Positions 25,615 to 36,259 of a stretch of 64,000 bases of DNA are shown here, piece after piece. The stretch spans positions 46,878,136 through 46,942,135 of the forward strand of contig NC_090395.1 of the NCBI RefSeq assembly GCF_036365525.1. The letters are read 5' to 3'. The DNA comes from Heterodontus francisci (Eukaryota). Position numbers and translations under genes: made by a program. The notes beneath the pieces were generated by a model, which saw nothing but the letters and a program-made list of their open reading frames with translations, did no database searches and was not told the DNA's origin. Positions within the stretch are counted from its first letter, which is position 1, and the number at the start of each line of letters is the position of its first letter.

Positions 25615-25674
25615 ACTCCCTTAGCCTTGGTCTCTCCCGAGACGCCCACAAGGCAGTGGGGTTGTTGGGGCCCC
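25615..25674 (-). ncRNA. Candidate HDV-like self-cleaving ribozyme in the RTE 5' UTR
   Basis: Minus strand GGGGCCCC AACA ACCC CAC TGCCTT GTG GGCGTCTC GG GAGAGACCAA GGCTAA GGGAGT folds by eye into P1 (one mismatch), P2, P3/L3, P1.1 (CC/GG) and a J4/2 GGCTAA carrying the catalytic C. HDV-like ribozymes are known from RTE 5' UTRs. Confidence 0.55.
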
Positions 25675-25694
25675 TACACAGGTGTAGGATGGTG

Positions 25695-25905
25695 CCGGTG
25701 GGAGGAGGGGTTGCAAGTGGGAGGGGTAGAGGGAGGGGGTGGGGGGGGGGGTGCAGGGGAAGGGGGTGCGGGGTGAAGATGGTGCGAGGGGGGGGCGGGC
25801 TGGGACGGGGTTGTGAGGGGGTGAGCTGAGAGGGTGGAGCAGGGAAGGGGACGGGGGGGGGGGGGGGGGGTGGAAGGGGGGTAAAGGGGGGGGAGGGGGG
25901 GTGGA
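25695..25905 (+). repeat. G-rich low-complexity tract (G-quadruplex-prone)
   Basis: Many G3+ runs, including a run of more than 15 G at ~25853-25870. Confidence 0.85.
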
Positions 25906-26403
25906 ATCTGGTGCAGGTAATAAGCCATTTCCTCAGTGCCCACCATCGACGTCCGGAAAGCTCATCCACGTCCTTCGGGAGGTGAAGCATCATTTGGCAG
26001 ACTTTGAGGTGATTCCATTTGCTAAGGGTTTTTTTTTTGCAGTGGTTTAAATAAAGGCATGCAGCATTGCCGACAGTGCGCTGCAGATGCTCTCCGAGCC
26101 ATCTCCCGCGGGCGCTTTGAAGTTGCGGCCGGGGGGGCCGTTCGTGGATGTTTTGGGTGTTCGGGGCACCTTTTCACAGGACTTCTCTCGGGTCCCGCAG
26201 CTCCTTCTTCACCTCAATGGACTTACCGCATGCCGTGGCTGCAGACACTCTGGACTGTGAAGACAGCAGGATCGGAGATTAAAGTATCGGCAGCTGTTCT
26301 CGTCAGTTTCATCCGGATCAATTTCATTGAGAAAACAAAGAGCAGGTGTGGCTGGGACATAAGACATAAGACATAAGACATTATGTGTGGCATAAGACAT
26401 TAT

Positions 26404-28036
26404 GGGCGGAATAATATCAACTTAGCCCCTGCCGAAACGAAACGGCCATAAGTAGGTCGGGAACATGTTGGGACCTGCAATGGGCTTTGCCAAAGTTCTT
26501 TAACGCAGCCACAGCATTCGCATCCTGCTGTTGGGTTCCCTGACCAGTCAGGGAAGATGGGAGGGATCACACACTGGATCTGTTAATGGAAGCATTTCTA
26601 ATTAGAGACCACAGCATGGGTTACAATGGCACGCCTGTACATGGATATTTGAGGCTGCAGCAACCACAGGAATGCAGAGGGGAAATGGAAAGTCTGCTTC
26701 CCTAGTCTCTCACTCATACCTGGAGGTCCTGCTGTGGGATCTAAGGGACTGCAGTGAGGTGAGCTCTCCCAAGGATGGGAGGAAGAGGACAACCTCTTCA
26801 ACCAAGCAGGTGTGGATGGAAGTGACTGATAAGCCAGCAGCTTAAATGTGGTCCCTCCAACATGGAAACAGTGACCTCAGGAGGGCAGGAATGGTGAGTG
26901 GTATAACATTTTCAGATGTCAAGCCCTACACTCTAACTTTCCCAGCATTCTCCTGCACAGCACTCCTCAGGACAACATTCCTTGCAGCTCCACTCATTCC
27001 ACTCTCTTCAGGTACCTCACATCCCCATCTTAACAGTCAACAGTCAGACTCAACCTCATCCTATTGCCTTCTTGTGCCCATGCCTCACAGTCACCATCCA
27101 TCAATGTTGTCCTTCCCTGCTATCAACATAAACTCTTTCTAATGCGCATAATTCACTGCTTTTGCTCCGTGAGAAGAAAGCACACAACCTCAGGGATAGG
27201 CAGAGATGCAAGGGGAGGAACTCCAGTGACAGGCACCTTGATGGCTTCTTGCAATGCATACCCACCTGCTCCACTGGGAAGGAGGTCTTGTTCCAGGAGG
27301 CTGCAGATGTCAGCAGCGGTCTGCCATGAAAACCAGAGCCTCCTAAGGCACAGGTGCTCACACAGGTTGAGGGAGCTGATCCTCTGCCTGTAGACCCTGT
27401 ATTGGCCTCCTTGGAACTGGATGTCTGTGTTCATCCCCTCTGCCCTTGGAGTGGTATATAGCTGAGGAGCCAGCAGCTGGTGCTGGTGTTCCTGCTACAG
27501 CTGTTGGTGCTGGTGTTGGTTTTGGTGCTCCTCTTCCTCTTCGTCAGAAGTATGAGGTAGAGCTGCATAAACTGTGATGAAGGCTGGCAGCAGGGAAGTG
27601 TAAACAAAGGTGAGTGAAATGCAAGACAGGTGAAGTGAGTTCCAAGAAGTTGGCAATCACCTGTCAATCACTAAAAGCACTCGCTGGAAAGGTGTCCTGT
27701 GAGCATCAGCCTCTCACCTGGCCAGAGCTGCAGCTCTTCTGTTTCACTAATCAAAAGCTTCCCAGCCTGACAGTTTCACTGAAGCAGCTTTCCCCCACTG
27801 TGCACTTGCCTTGGTGACCCTAGCAAGTTCTCCACAGCTCAGGAAATGGATCTGCTGCCTGTTAAATGCAGAATCCTTGGTTAAAACAGAGCACAATTGC
27901 TCCCCTTCAAACCCGCCCGAGTGAACCTGGAAGAGGGTGCGATGATGTCAAGATCCCGACCCAACGTCACTTTTAGTGGATTTGATTCCCTGCACACACC
28001 CGAACCCACCTCCCCTTGTCTGCAAAAATTCTGTCC
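26404..28036. mobile_element. Internally deleted PIF/Harbinger element
   Basis: Ends GGGCGGAAT / AATTCTGTCC with TSD TAT. Minus ORF 27153-27434 (RVYRQRISSLNLCEHLCLRRL..ADICSLLEQDL) resembles a HARBI1-type transposase N-terminus. Possible Myb remnant on + at ~26680-26900. Confidence 0.75.
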
Positions 28037-28734
28037 TATAAGGCTTATAGTGAGGTGCTCAGTACCTATAGTACTGATGCATATTAGATATGGACAACCC
28101 ATAATATTGAGCACTAAGGTTTGCTGTGTGCCTTTTGTACATAAGGTAGTGGGGAAGTACCTGTGCCACCAAGGACACCTTTCACGCATCAAGTGTTCAC
28201 AAGGCTCACTAAGATTTCCAGAAAATATTAATGCTGCTTGTAGTCTCATTCACCACGGATAGCAGGTTCCCGATGGTTCAGTTCAGCTATTTCAGCTGTT
28301 TCTTAAAGGAAAATCTACTTGCTAGTTGCAACAAGGAGCTGCATGTTGACTCAGTGACTGAATTGTTTATTTCATGGTGTCATTGGGTTTCATTACTGCA
28401 GCTATTTTTAAAGTTTCAACTCAATCTGCCATCTTTGGGTGTTAGCTATAATTGAGCTTTGCCTTAACATGATACTGTGCGTGTGTGCCCAGTGTCTAAT
28501 TTGCCTCATGATCACTCATGTGAAGTGCCTTGGAATGCTTTACTACATTAAAGACACTACATAAATCTAAGTAGTTGTTGTTCTTGTATCCTACTGGCCA
28601 CCCCTCTAAATTTGTTGCTTTTGTAGGAGAAAGATCAAAACTAAAAGAGGCATGTAGTGCAGGACAATATAACCCTTTGCTTCACGCTCTGTGAGCCATG
28701 ACTGTAGTGATAGAATGCAAAGTAATTGACCTTA

Positions 28735-29145
28735 TTTTTTTTATTCTTTCCTGGGACGTAGCCATCGCTGGCAAGACCAGCATTTGTTGCCCATTCTGAA
28801 TTGCCCTTGAGAAGGTGGTGGTGAGCTGCCTTCTTGAACCATTGCAGTCCATGTGAGATAGGTACACCCACAGTGCTGTTAGGAAGGGAGTTCCAGGCTT
28901 TTGACCCAGCAACAGTGAAGCAATGGTGATACAGACCCAAGTCAGGATGGTGTGTGGCTTGGAGGGAAACTTGCAGGTGCTGGTGTTCCCATGCATCTGC
29001 TGCACTTGTCCTTCTAGATGGTAGAGGTCGCTGGTTTGGAAGATGCTATTGAAGAAAGCTTGGCGAGTTGCTGCAGTGCATCTTGTATATGGTACACACT
29101 GCTGGCCACTGTGTGCTGGTCATGGAGGGAATGAATGTTTAAGGT
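28735..29145 (-). mobile_element. Family A LINE 3' end
   Basis: Same 3' sequence and tail as 120-500. Confidence 0.88.
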
Positions 29146-29637
29146 CCACTCATAGCGCTACAGTTGCATGCAGCACCTAAAAAGCAATTATCCTGTTGCC
29201 ATAGTGACAGGAATGCATGCATTGTATAGCCATAGCACTTGAACACATACAGAGGTGCAGAGCAGTATTCATTGTCCAATTATTTTCTCCCCTTTTCTCC
29301 TGAAGTTGCTGACTCTTTCAAGAGTTTCCAACGTGCTGGTAGCCCCTCAGTACACTGTCCAAGTCGACATTCTTGACATGTGAGTTGTGATGCCTTCCTC
29401 AGTCAAATAATTACTAAAACATGTGAAGAATGGCCACCTGGGCCATCTAAGAGAAACCTCGTTCTGTTCTCACTTGGCAGCGATGCATGAACACTATCCA
29501 ACAGGGTTTGCTTGATAGTAATCATAGCAGGAAGCTTGGTTGGTTTCTTTTCCAGTCCCAACCTAGGGGCACTTAATCCACTTGTAGCAGTCCAAAACCT
29601 GCTCCTGCTGAGATCATCTAACTCAGCACAGAGGAGA

Positions 29638-29730
29638 GACAAAAACAAGAAATGCTGGAATCACTCAGCAGGTCTGGCAGCATCTGTGGAAAGAGAAGCA
29701 GAGTTAATGTTTCGGGTCAGTGACCCTTTT
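29638..29730 (-). mobile_element. Penelope-like 3' tail remnant
   Basis: Near-identical to 32285-32375 (ACAAAAACAAGAAATGCTGGAATCACTCAGCAGG...GGGTCAGTGACCC). Confidence 0.85.
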
Positions 29731-32346
29731 TGTTTTCCAAGGGCAGTGTGCTTCACTAAAACATCAAGGAAGCAAAATCTTTTGTTAAGCATGCATAATA
29801 GTACAGGGTCACACATTATTCTTAAACAAGAGTTTCATGATTATTCAAAGGAATTTTTTTTAGCTTTGAAGGTGCAGTAAGATTAAACACTTCATTTACA
29901 CCCATAATTGCTTTGTTACTATACAGTTTGTGCTTTGCACAGGTGTAGCGAGCTGACAAAAATCAAGTACTATATTAACAGGAGTAAAAGAATTATTGGT
30001 GATGAAAAGTTGTTTTATAATCATACAGTGCGCAAACATGTTTTTATGGGCAAATGCTCAAACTCACTAAATTTATTAATGAATCTGAACTAGCACTAGT
30101 ACAGAACATTACCAAGCCTTCTGATACACAATTGAATCATTTGAAGTGGCCAGTATAATGTGGCTAAAAGATTTGGCACCTAATACAAACAAAATGGAAA
30201 TTTGTGTCAACTTTCACCAAGCTAGATCCGCTTGATAAACCATAAGACATGCAGCAACAATGGCCTGAGTTTCAGGAAATGACTCCATCGAACAGCAGAT
30301 TTCTGTCTTAAATCCTCCAGCTGGACAGATTTCAGGACTCACAAGTACAAGTTCAAACGGCATGCCAGAGATATACAACAAATGCTGACTCAGAAGAGAA
30401 AACTTCTGAAATAGATGCACCGTCAGATTAATGTGGTTTTGAAATTCCAAATTCTGCTGGTGAAGAGAATGAACTATCATGATGCGATTCCAACAAGTGG
30501 TCAGGGGTCAGTGCTGTTAAGAGACAGTCCTATAGATTTTGTCATTGAGTGATGAACCAAAAAAACAGGTGAGCATCAAACAGGGAGCAGAGCAATTCTC
30601 ATTTCCTCAGGGAAAGCATCTGCCAAATTTTGGATTTTTGTAACTGAGATGAGTAATATGTGCTCTGTGAAATAAATTATACAGCCCTCTATATGTTTAT
30701 AAGATAATTTCTAGTGAATGACATTACAAATTATCTACAGCACAGAAACAGGCCATTCGGCCCAACAGGTCCATGCCAGTGTTATTGCTCCACAGGAGCT
30801 TCCTCCCTCCCCTCTTAATCTAACCCCATCAAGCTATCCTTCTATTCCTTTCCCTCTCATGTGCTTATCTAGCTTCCCCTTGAATGTATCCATGCTAGCC
30901 ACCTCACCTACTCCTTGTAGTAGTGAATCCCTCATTCTAACCACTCCCTGGGAAAAGAAGTTTTGGATTTATTAGTGACTATTTTATGGCTCGTATTCCT
31001 GGTCTTGCCCACAGATGGAAACATTTTCCCTATGTCTACCCCATCAAACCGTTTCATAATCTTGAAGACCTCTAGAATCAAGGAGTCATAAAATCATAGA
31101 ATGGTTACAGTACAGAAGAGGTCATTCAGCCTCTCGTGTTTATGCTGGCTCACTGCAAGAACAATTTAACTTGTCCCTCTCCCAGCCCTCTCCCTATAGC
31201 CCTTTCAGGTGCTTATCCAATTCCCTTTGGAAAACCATGATTGGATCTGCCCCCACCACATTTCTTGGCATTGCATTCCAGATCGTAACAAATTGCTCCC
31301 TTTGATTCTTTTGCCAATCCCTTTAAATCTGTGTCCTCTGGTTCTCTACCCTTCTGCCAATGGAACAGTTTCTCTCTATCTCCTCTGTCTAGTCCCCTCA
31401 TGATTTTGAACACTTCTATTAAATCTCCTCGCAGCCTCCTCTTTTCTAAGGAGAATAACCCCAGCTTCTCCAGTCTAACCACGTAAATGAAGTCCCTCAT
31501 CCCAGGGACCATTCTTGAAAATCTTTACTGCACCATCTGTAAAAACTTCTCATTCTTTCTAAAGTGCGGAGCTCAGAATTGGACACAATACTCCAGTTGA
31601 GGTCAATCCTGTGCTATAGAGTCATAGATTCATAGAGTTATACCACACAGAAACACGCCCTTCGGCCCATCGTGTCTGTGCCGGCCATCAAGCACCTGTT
31701 TTCCAGCACTTGGCCCATAGCCTTGTGTGCTATGGCATTTCAAGTGCTCATCTAAATACTTCTTAAATGTTGTGAGGATTCCTGCCTCTATCACCTCTTC
31801 AGACAGTGCGTTCCAGATTCCAACCACCCTCTGGGCGAAAATGTTTTTCCTCAAATCCCCTCTAAACCTCCTGCCCCTTACCTTAAATCTATGCCCCCTG
31901 GTCTTTGACCCTTCCGTTAAGGGAAAAGTTTCTTCCCATCTAACCTATCAATACCCTTCATAATTTTGTATACCTCAATCATATCTCCCCTCAGCCTTCT
32001 CTGCTCTAAGGAAAATAATCCAAGCCTTTTCAGTCTCTCTTCATAGCTAAAATGCTCCAGTCCAAGCAACATCCTGGTGAATCTCCTCTGCACCTTCTCC
32101 AGTGTAATCACAACCTTCCTATAGTGTGGTGCCCAGAACTGTACACAGTACTCCAGCTGTGGCCTAACTAGCGTTTTATACAGCTCCATCATAACCTCCC
32201 TGCTGTTATATTCTATGCCTCATCTAATAAAGGCAAGTATCCCATATAATAAAAGCAAAATACTGCGGATGCTGGAAATCTGAAACAAAAACAAGAAATG
32301 CTGGAATCACTCAGCAGGTCTGGCAGCATCTGTGGAAAGAGAAGCA

Positions 32347-32386
32347 GAGTTAACGTTTCGGGTCAGTGACCCTTCTTCGGAACTGA
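32347..32386 (-). ncRNA. Minimal type I hammerhead ribozyme motif in the PLE tail (core variant CCGAAGA)
   Basis: Minus strand AGTT CCGAAGA A GGGTC ACT GACCC GAAA CGTT AACT: stem I AGTT/AACT, stem II GGGTC/GACCC, GAAA, and a palindromic loopless stem III. Confidence 0.65.
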
Positions 32387-32754
32387 CAAATATTAGAAAA
32401 GTCACAGATTATAAACAAGTGAGGTGGGGGTGGGGCAAGAGATAACAAAGGAGAAGGTGCAGATTGGACCAGGCCACATAGCTGACCATAAGGTCACGGA
32501 GCAAAGGCAAACAATATGTTAATGGTGTGTTGAAAGACAAAGCATTAGTACAGAATAGGTGTGAATACACTGAATATTGAACAGCAGCAAGTGCAAACCT
32601 GAAGAAAAACAACCTGAAAAAAACAGTGGGTAAGCCAACTGAACAAACTAAGATGAAATGAAATAAATGCAAAAAAAGATTGTAAAAAATGTAAAAAGGA
32701 ATGTAAAAAAAAGGAAGAAAAAATAACTAAAAATGAAAGTAAAATGGGGGGCTG

Positions 32755-34398
32755 TCATGCTCTGAAATTATTAAACTCAATGTTCAGTCCAGCAGGCTGT
32801 AGTGTGCCTAATCGATAGATGAGATGCTGTTCCTCGAGCTTGCATTGATGTTCACTGGAACACTGCAGCAATCCCAGGACAGAGATGTGAGCATGAGAGC
32901 AGGGGGGAGTGTTGAAATGGCAAGCAACCGGAAGCTCAGGGTCCTGCTTGCAGACTGAGCGGAGATGTTCCGCAAAGCGGTCACCCAGTCTGCGCTTGGT
33001 CTCCCCAATGTAGAGGAGACCACACTGTGAGCAGCGAATACACCTGAAAGGAGTGTTTGGGGCCTGGGATAGTGAGGAGAGAGGAGGTAAATGGGCAGGT
33101 ATTACACCTCCTGCGATTGCAGGGGAAGGTGCCCTGGGACGGGACGAGGTGGTGGGGGTAATGGAGGAGTGGACCAGGGTGTCGCGGAGGGAACGATCCC
33201 TTCGGAATGCTGACAGGGGAAGGGAGGGGAAGATGCGACTGGTAGTGGCATCACGCTGGAGGTGGCGAAAATGGCGGAGAATGATCCTTTGGATATGGAG
33301 GCTGGTGGGATGAAAAGTGAGGACAAGGGGAACCCTGTCACGGTTCTGGGAGGGAGGGGAAGGGGTGAGGGTAGAGGTGCGGGGAATGGGTCGGACACGG
33401 TTGAGGGCCCTGTCAACCACAGTGGGGGGAAATCCTCGGTTGAGGAAAAAGGAGGTCATATCAGAAGCACCGCCATGGAAGGTAGCATCATCAGAGCAGA
33501 TGCGTCGGAGACGGAGAAACTGGGAGAATGGAATGGAGTCCTTACAGGAGGTAGGGTGTGAAGAAGTGTAGTCGAGGTAGCTGTGGGAGTCAGTGGGCTT
33601 ATAATGGATATTGGTAGACAACCTATCCCCAGAGATGGAGACAGAGAAGTCGAGGAAGGGAAGGGAAGTGTCAGAGATGGACCATGTAAAGGTGAGAGAA
33701 GGGTGGGAATTGGAAGCAAAGTTGATAAAGTTTTCTAGTTCGGGGCGGGAGCAGGAAACGGCACCGATACAGTCATCAATGTACTGGAAAAAGAGTTGGG
33801 GGAGGGGGCCTGAGTAGGACTGGAACAAAGAATGCTCGACATATCCCACAAAATGACAGGCATAACTAGGACCCATGCGGGTACCCATAGCGACACCTTT
33901 TACTTGAAGGAAGTGCATGGAGTTGAAGGAGAAGTTGTTCAATATGAGAACAAGTTCAGACAGGCGGAGGAGGGTGTTGGTGGATGGGGACTGGTTGGGC
34001 CTCTGTTCCAAGAAGAAGCGGAGAGCCCTCAAACCATCCTGGTGGGGGATGGAGGTGTAGAGCGATTGGACGTCCATAGTGAAGAGGAGGCGGTTGGGAC
34101 CAGGAAACTGGAAATTGTCAAAATGACGTAGGGCGTCAGAAGAGTCACGGATGTAGGTGGGAAGAGACTGGACCAGCGGAGAAAAGATATAGTCTAGATA
34201 GGAAGAAATAAGTTCAGTGGGGCAGGAGCAGGCTGACACAATGGGTCTGCCGGGACAGTCCCGTTTGTGGATTTTGGGAAGGAGGTAGAAGCGGGCTGTC
34301 TGGGGTTGTGGGACTATGAGGTTGGAAGCTGTAGAGGGAAGATCTCCAGAGGAGATGAGATCAGTGACAGTCCTTTGGACGGTGGCTTGATGTTCGGT
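32755..34398 (-). pseudogene. Penelope RT / GIY-YIG endonuclease ORF, N-terminally truncated
   Basis: Motifs FYLLPKIHK, GRPIVS, MDVQSLYTSIPH, GVAMGTRMGP, YIDD, PFLD and CSQCGLLYIGETKRRL..RFAEH..GLN. Confidence 0.9.
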
Positions 34399-36259
34399 GT
34401 ATCCCATATGCCTTCCTAACCACCTTATCGACCTGTGCTGCTGCCTTCAGTGATCTATGGACAAGTACACCAAGGTCCCTCTGACCCTCTGTACTTCCTA
34501 GGGTCCTACCATCCATTGTTTATTCCCTTGCCTTGTTAGTCCTCCAAAAATGCATCACCTCACACTTCTCAGGATTAAATTCCATTTGCCACAGCTCCAC
34601 CCATCTTACCAGCCCATCTATATCGTCCTGTAATCTCAGGCTTTCCTCCTCATTATTTATGACACCACCAATTTTCTTGTCATCTGCAAACTTACTGATC
34701 ATACCTCCTATACTCACGTCTAAATCATTAATGTACACTACAAACAGCAAGGGTCCAGCACCGATCCCTGCAGTACACCACTGGTCACAGGCTTCCACTC
34801 GCAAAAACAACCCTCGACCATTACCCTCTGCCTCCTGCCACTAAGCCAATTTTGGATCCAAATTGTCAAATTGCCCTGGATCCCATGGGCTCTTACCTTC
34901 TTAACCAATCTCCCATATGGGACCTTATCAAAAGCCTTACTGAAGTCCATGTAGACTACATCAACTGCTTTACCCTCATCTACACATCTCGTCACTGCCT
35001 CGAAAAATTCAATCAAGTTAGTTGGTGTTTTATAAAGGTTTATCCTAACTTCCTTGCTCTTGTGCTCTATTAATAAAGCTCAGAATCCCATGTGCCTTTT
35101 TAATTACTTTCTCATCTTGCCTTGTCACCTTCAATATACCCCCAGGTCCCTCTGCTGTTGCACCCCCTTTAGAATTGTATCCTTTATTTTATATTGTCTC
35201 TGGTCATACCAAAATGTATCACTTCACATTTCCCTGTGTTAAATTGCATCGGCCATGCATCCTCTCATTCCACCAGCCTGTCTATGTCCTCTTGAAGTCT
35301 ATCACTATCCTCCTCACAATTCACCATACTTCCAAGTTTTGTGCCATCTGCAAATTTTGAAATTGTGCCCTGTACAGTCCAAGTCAAAGTCATTAAATTA
35401 GATCAAGAAAAGCAATGGTCCTAATACCAACCCCTGAGGAACCCCACTATATACCTTCCTCCAGTCCGAAAACAACCATTCACCACTATTCTGTTTCCTG
35501 TCACTCAGCCAACTTTGTATCCATACTGCCACTGTCCTTTTTATTCCATGGGCTTCAACTTTACTAACAAGGCTATTATGTGGCAATTTTGGAAGTCCTT
35601 TTACACCACATCAACTGTATTACCCTCTTTTACCTCGTCAAAAAATTCATTCAAGTTGGTTAAACATGATTTGCCTTTAACAAATCCATGGTGGCTTTCC
35701 TTAATTAATCCACACTTGTCCAAGTGTATGTTAATTATGACCCAGATTATCATTTATAAAAGCTGTCCCACCACTGCAGTTAAACTAACTGGCCTGTAGT
35801 TGCTGAGTTTATCCTTACACCATCTGTCAGGTCTCCCCTATATCTTCTCTTAGCTAGTGAAAAGAGCCCTATAACCTGTTCAATCTTTCCTGATGGCTAT
35901 AATCTCTCAGTTCTGGTATCATTCTAATAAAACATTTTTGCACCATCTCAAATGTCTCTGTATCCTTTTTATGGAGAATGGAACTATTACAGTACTCCAA
36001 AGGCTGGATTTTATGTTGACATTGGGACCAGGAGTGGATGCGGCTTCCGTAGGGGCCATGAACAGTTGTCCGCACACAATCAAGCAGCGATCAGCCAATT
36101 AAGGTGAATGAGATGCAGGGGCCGGCAATGAAGTGGACAGTGGCGGGAGTAGAGGTGGAGACATTGGCATCAACTGATGCCATGGCAGGTGCTGGTGCCA
36201 TATTTAAAGGGCTGCCAGTCCTGCATTCAATGTTTCATTGCAAAGTGTAAGAATTTCTT

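Larger units (their letters stand above)
21890..26390 (-). mobile_element. Apparently full-length RTE-clade LINE
   Basis: Single long APE-RT ORF, very short 3' UTR ending GGCCCAAAAGAA, and TSD CATAAGACATT at 21879-21889 and 26391-26401. Confidence 0.92.
32248..34398 (-). mobile_element. 5'-truncated Penelope-like element (PLE)
   Basis: Perfect 11-bp TSD GTATCCCATAT at 32237-32247 and 34399-34409. RT + GIY-YIG ORF and a tail carrying a hammerhead motif. Confidence 0.92.
30716..36000 (-). mobile_element. Stack of three nested CR1 (HER1-like) fragments: a 30716-31073 + 35821-36000; b 31074-31615 + 35021-35820; c 31616-32247 + 34399-35020
   Basis: CR1 peptides [26 protein letters not shown](L/M)IEV(F/Y)KI, VDVVYMDFSKAFDKVP, SKFADD, GVPQGLVLGP. 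Three separate 3' tails at ~30716, ~31074 and ~31616. Confidence 0.85.

Noticed and set aside
25613-25993. Proline-rich ORFs as an RTE ORF1
   Set aside because: They are translations of the C-rich low-complexity tract with no domain signal.
25930-25995. Box C/D snoRNA on the minus strand (ATGATG...CTGA)
   Set aside because: Box C is imperfect (ATGATGC), there is no convincing terminal stem and no recognisable rRNA guide.
26357-26401. CRISPR-like or satellite array
   Set aside because: Only 7-bp units without spacers, in eukaryotic DNA. Better explained as a retrotransposon junction duplication.
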